NCBI GenBank assembly: GCA_039683575.1
Contig: JBDKRC010000218.1
Coordinates: 1 to 28,424 of the forward strand
Length of the DNA: 28,424 nucleotides
Origin: Armatimonadia bacterium
Lineage (GTDB): Bacteria; Armatimonadota; Zipacnadia; Zipacnadales; UBA11051
Direction: 5' to 3'
Positions within the stretch are counted from its first letter, which is position 1, and every line of letters starts with the position of its first letter. Of the stretch, positions 25,143 through 28,424 are shown piece by piece. The position numbers were made by a program, and so were the translations under genes. Below the pieces are notes generated by a model that was given only the letters and a program-made list of their open reading frames with translations, did no database searches and had not been told where the DNA came from.

Positions 25143-26675
25143 CTAGCGAATTGACACCGGCACAACCTGTGAATACAACTCGCCACCGGTGGCAGCGGCC
25201 GAAACCGTCAGCAGGTACTGTCCCGACGGCAGTTTGGTCCCGTCCGCGCGACGTACCGGCATGCACAGAGTGTTCTGCCCTGCTGGCAACTCACGCCTCG
25301 GCAACTGGGCCACAACGATGCCGGCCATGTTCCGCAGTTGTCCCGATACGACCGCTGCATCAGGCAGGTTAACCTGCAGGGAGACGGCCTGCTTAACGCT
25401 CGGCGGCGCGATGACGCCGAAGTTGCCGAGATCCGTCAGGCGAATCTTGACCGGCAGCGACCAGCGCCACGGACTGACCGAGTGACCGTCATTGCAGCGC
25501 ACTGAAACCCTCCAGTACTGCCGCGCACTGGTTGCGAGGGACCCCACGGTTGCGGCGCTGCCACCGGCGGTCCAGGTGGTTCTGTTCCAACTCGAATACC
25601 AGCGGTAATCGTACGTCAGGGGGTCGCCATCCGGGTCGCTGCCACCGGTCACACGACACGAGAGACTCTGATCGTCGCGAGGTGCGCCCGGCTTGATGAC
25701 GACGTCGGTCGGAGCGGTGGGCACGCCATTGAGAACAAAGCGCTGGATGCGGTCATTCACACGGTCGGCGACATACACCCGGCCGAGGCTGTCGACAGCG
25801 ACGGCGCACGGATCATTGAACTGGCCTTTCCCGCTCCCGTAAGTCCCGAACGACATCTGGAAGTTGCCCTGATTGTCGTACTTCTTGATCATGTTGTGTG
25901 TAGTGTCGGCGACGAAAACGTTCGTCCCTGCGGTGCAGAGGCCCTGTGGGTAATAGAGCGTGCCGCCGCCTGCGCTGCCGTCCCATGCGGTCTGGTAGAC
26001 GCCGGTCGAACTGAACTTCTGGATTCTATTGTTGCAGGTGTCGGCTACATACACGTACCCGGAGTCATCAACTGCGATGGCGCACGGGCGGTCAAACTGC
26101 CCGTTGCCTGTGCCCTGCGAGCCGAAGCTCATCACGTAATGGCCGCCGCCGGGCAGCGTAGGGTAGGTCCCCGTGGTGAACTTGATGATGCGATGGTTCA
26201 ACTGGTCAGCGAGGTAGATGTAGTCATTGGCGGCGTCTATCGCCATGCCGACAGAGACCGAGAACTGGCCGACACCGGTGCCTTCAGAGCCCCACTCGCT
26301 TTGATACTGGGCAACGGAGTTCAGTTTGACGATACGCCAGTTGCCGGTGTCGAGAACGTATATGTTCAGCAGGTTGTCGAGCAGCGCGAAAGCTGGTGTG
26401 GACAGGCCCGTGGTCCCGCTGCCGAAGCTCGGCCCCCCAAACTTGCAGATGAAGTTGCCATCGAGGCCAAAGACCTGCACGCGGCAGTTGCTCTTGTCGG
26501 CAACGATGATTCTGTCGCCGCGCACGTAGACACCCATCGGCTCTTCCATCTGCCCGTCGGCGGTACCCACACCGCCCCACTGCATATCGTAGGCGTACTC
26601 CACTTTCGCCTGCGCCAGCGTTGCGGGCAGCAGCAGTAGCAGCAACAATGCCAACAGCAGGGGGCGATAGCACAT
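25143..26675 (-). CDS. Secreted NHL-repeat beta-propeller protein with an Ig-like domain and a FlgD-like C-terminal domain
   Basis: GGAGG RBS before ATG 26675 and a signal peptide. Six NHL repeats (G.G.GQF..P..IAVD..G.VYVAD..N.RIQKF). SDPDGDPLTYDYRW. C-terminal RNMAG..V...AG.N.......DG..LPSGQYLL.V. Confidence 0.88.
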   Translation of the reverse strand: MCYRPLLLALLLLLLLPATLAQAKVEYAYDMQWGGVGTADGQMEEPMGVYVRGDRIIVADKSNCRVQVFGLDGNFICKFGGPSFGSGTTGLSTPAFALLDNLLNIYVLDTGNWRIVKLNSVAQYQSEWGSEGTGVGQFSVSVGMAIDAANDYIYLADQLNHRIIKFTTGTYPTLPGGGHYVMSFGSQGTGNGQFDRPCAIAVDDSGYVYVADTCNNRIQKFSSTGVYQTAWDGSAGGGTLYYPQGLCTAGTNVFVADTTHNMIKKYDNQGNFQMSFGTYGSGKGQFNDPCAVAVDSLGRVYVADRVNDRIQRFVLNGVPTAPTDVVIKPGAPRDDQSLSCRVTGGSDPDGDPLTYDYRWYSSWNRTTWTAGGSAATVGSLATSARQYWRVSVRCNDGHSVSPWRWSLPVKIRLTDLGNFGVIAPPSVKQAVSLQVNLPDAAVVSGQLRNMAGIVVAQLPRRELPAGQNTLCMPVRRADGTKLPSGQYLLTVSAAATGGELYSQVVPVSIR

Positions 26676-26775
26676 GGCGGGGCCTCCGTACGGGTCGTTC
26701 AACAACATTTTCGTTAGTCGAGAGCAGGCCACCTGCAGGCCTTGAGCGTCTCTTGCACATGCGGCAAGACCAGCG

Positions 26776-26804
26776 AAAAGGGACGGACCCGAGGGCCCGT
26801 CCCT
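26776..26804 (-). terminator. Intrinsic terminator downstream of ahcY
   Basis: The minus strand reads AGGGACGGGCCCTCGGGTCCGTCCCTTTT: a GC stem followed by a U-run. Confidence 0.75.
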
Positions 26805-26826
26805 GGTCTGGCCTAATCAGTACAGC

Positions 26827-28077
26827 CTACGTCCCGTGCTGCCAGCTTGACAGGTACTTGGCCTGCTCGTCGGTCAGCTTGTCTATATCGATCCCCATGG
26901 CGCGCAGCTTCAGCAGCGCGACCTCGGCATCGATCTCGCCGGGAACCGGGTGGACGTCCACGGAGAGGCACTCACAGCGGGCCGCAAACTCGGAGCAGAG
27001 CGCCTGGTTGGCAAAGCTCATGTCCATGACCGCGGCGGGATGCCCTTCAGCCGCGGCGAGGTTGACCAGGCGACCCTCGCCCAGCACGTACAGGCGGCGG
27101 CCGTCGGCAAGGGTGTACTCGCGGTTCTCATGGCGGATCTCGCGCGGGGCGCTGGCCATCTCCGCGAGGGCCTTGATGTCAATTTCCACATCGAAATGGC
27201 CGGAGTTGCAGAGGATCGCGCCGTCCTTCATGACCTCGAAGTGCTCGCGGCGGATGACTGAGGTGTCGCCGGTCACGGTAATGAACACATCGCCGATCTT
27301 GGCGGCCTCCGCAATCGGCATGACCTGGAAGCCGTCCATGACAGCCTGCAGGCCCGCCAGCGGGTCCACTTCAACCACGATCACGCGCGCGCCTGCGCCA
27401 CGCGCGCGTTGGGCGACGCCCTTGCCGCACTGCCCATAGCCGCAGACAACGAAGTTCTTGCCGGCTATGAGGATGTTGGTGGCGCGCAGGATGCCGTCGA
27501 GCGACGACTGGCCCGTGCCATAGTAGTTGTCGAAGAGATGCTTGGTATTGGCGTCATTGACGGCAATCACCGGGTATCTCAGGGCCCTGTCGGCCGCCAT
27601 CGCGCGGAGGCGAATGACGCCGGTGGTGGTCTCTTCCATGCCGGCCTTGATGCCCGCGATGAGTTCCTGCCGCGTGGTATGCAGGGTGTTGATCAGGTCG
27701 GCCCCATCGTCAATCGTGATGGTCGGCTTGATGTCCAGTACGGCATTGATGTGCTTGTAGTACACGTCGCGGTCCTCGCCGTGGATGGCGAAGACGGGGA
27801 TGCCGATGTCCACCATATGCGCGGCGGCGGCGTCCTGGGTGCTCAGGGGGTTGCTGGCGCAGAGCGCGACTTCGGCCCCTCCGGCTACCAGCGTCTTCAT
27901 CAGGTTCGCCGTCTCGGTAGTCACGTGCAGGCAGGCGGCGATCCGCTGACCCGCCAGGGGCTTGCTCTGCTCGAAGCGCTCGCGGATCAACCGCAGCACG
28001 TCCATCTGCATCTCGGCCCACTCGACCCGAAGCGCGCCGGCAGGAGCCAGACTCTTGTCAGCTACGTCATAATTCAT
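26827..28077 (-). CDS. ahcY: Adenosylhomocysteinase (SAH hydrolase), short form
   Basis: [80 protein letters not shown]. Confidence 0.97.
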   Translation of the reverse strand: MNYDVADKSLAPAGALRVEWAEMQMDVLRLIRERFEQSKPLAGQRIAACLHVTTETANLMKTLVAGGAEVALCASNPLSTQDAAAAHMVDIGIPVFAIHGEDRDVYYKHINAVLDIKPTITIDDGADLINTLHTTRQELIAGIKAGMEETTTGVIRLRAMAADRALRYPVIAVNDANTKHLFDNYYGTGQSSLDGILRATNILIAGKNFVVCGYGQCGKGVAQRARGAGARVIVVEVDPLAGLQAVMDGFQVMPIAEAAKIGDVFITVTGDTSVIRREHFEVMKDGAILCNSGHFDVEIDIKALAEMASAPREIRHENREYTLADGRRLYVLGEGRLVNLAAAEGHPAAVMDMSFANQALCSEFAARCECLSVDVHPVPGEIDAEVALLKLRAMGIDIDKLTDEQAKYLSSWQHGT

Positions 28078-28215
28078 GCCTATCCCTCATCCCTTTGCGA
28101 CCCCTATCTCGGTCGCCTGTAGTCACTTCCGCGTATATTCAACCAACAGCGAACCATGGCAGGTAACCGCTTGGTCCGCGAAGTTGCCTCCTGAAATCGT
28201 CTCCCGCTACCCTCG

Positions 28216-28326
28216 CCGGTAGGAGCGCTCCCCCGAGCGCGACCGCCCGCCAACTCGTCACCGCACCCGGTAGGAGCGCTCCCCTGAGCGCGACCGCCCG
28301 TCAACTCGTCACCGCACCCGGTAGGA
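28216..28326 (+). repeat. 51-bp tandem repeat of a GTAG-REP unit: two copies plus a 9-bp start of a third
   Basis: Units start at 28216, 28267 and 28318: CCGGTAGGAGCGCTCCCCYGAGCGCGACCGCCCGYCAACTCGTCACCGCAC. The third copy stops after CCGGTAGGA. Confidence 0.9.
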
Positions 28327-28424
28327 TAACATAGAACGGTCTGCTCCCCACTCAAGGCGAATAAGGTGTTAGCGATTCGTCCTTGAAAGGAGCAGACCGA
28401 AAATGAAACATGTTGGATTGGATG
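28327..28424 (+). mobile_element. Probable left end of an IS110/IS1111-family element with the first codons of its DEDD recombinase
   Basis: Abrupt drop in GC after the truncated REP. TAACAT at 28327. CGGTCTGCTCC (28337-47) and GGAGCAGACCG (28389-99) form an inverted repeat overlapping the AAAGGAG RBS. ATG 28403 gives MKHVGLD, like the IS110 N-terminal (V/I)G(L/I)D motif. Only 7 codons are visible. Confidence 0.6.

Noticed and set aside
28078-28215. SAH or SAM riboswitch upstream of ahcY
   Set aside because: I could not find the conserved SAH or SAM-I core motifs on the minus strand. An Infernal search would settle it.
28216-28326. CRISPR array (also considered for 9493-9713 and 19071-19400)
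   Set aside because: The intervening sequences are near-identical or irregular rather than unique spacers, there are too few units, there are no cas genes, and the motifs fit REP elements.

Overview
GC-rich bacterial chromosomal segment with about 17 genes. The gene content suggests Armatimonadota or a similar lineage, but this is inference only. Minus strand: a secreted PPC-repeat protein (truncated by the window start), a DUF4175-like coiled-coil membrane protein, an ABC exporter, TIGR00266/AIM24, a Gfo/Idh/MocA oxidoreductase, an MFS-HEAT fusion, a DUF4838-like secreted protein, a PfkB kinase, a degenerate MraY/WecA-like domain fused to a TagA/WecG glycosyltransferase, an NHL-repeat secreted protein and ahcY. 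Plus strand: an NYN/LabA PIN-fold nuclease, a split class III ribonucleotide reductase (nrdD large subunit, separate glycyl-radical peptide, nrdG) and a large LamG/glycoside-hydrolase-like protein. Intergenic spaces hold several distinct REP/REPIN-like palindrome families and heptamer microrepeats. The three strongest leads are: (1) a lone NYN nuclease with a near-consensus promoter, a structured UUCG hairpin and a terminator-like hairpin upstream, resembling an RNA-antitoxin/RNase module; (2) the left end of an IS110/IS1111-type element apparently inserted into a GTAG-REP repeat at the window end; (3) a pseudoknot-capable RNA between the two halves of NrdD. All family assignments come from recognising motifs by eye; no database searches were run.
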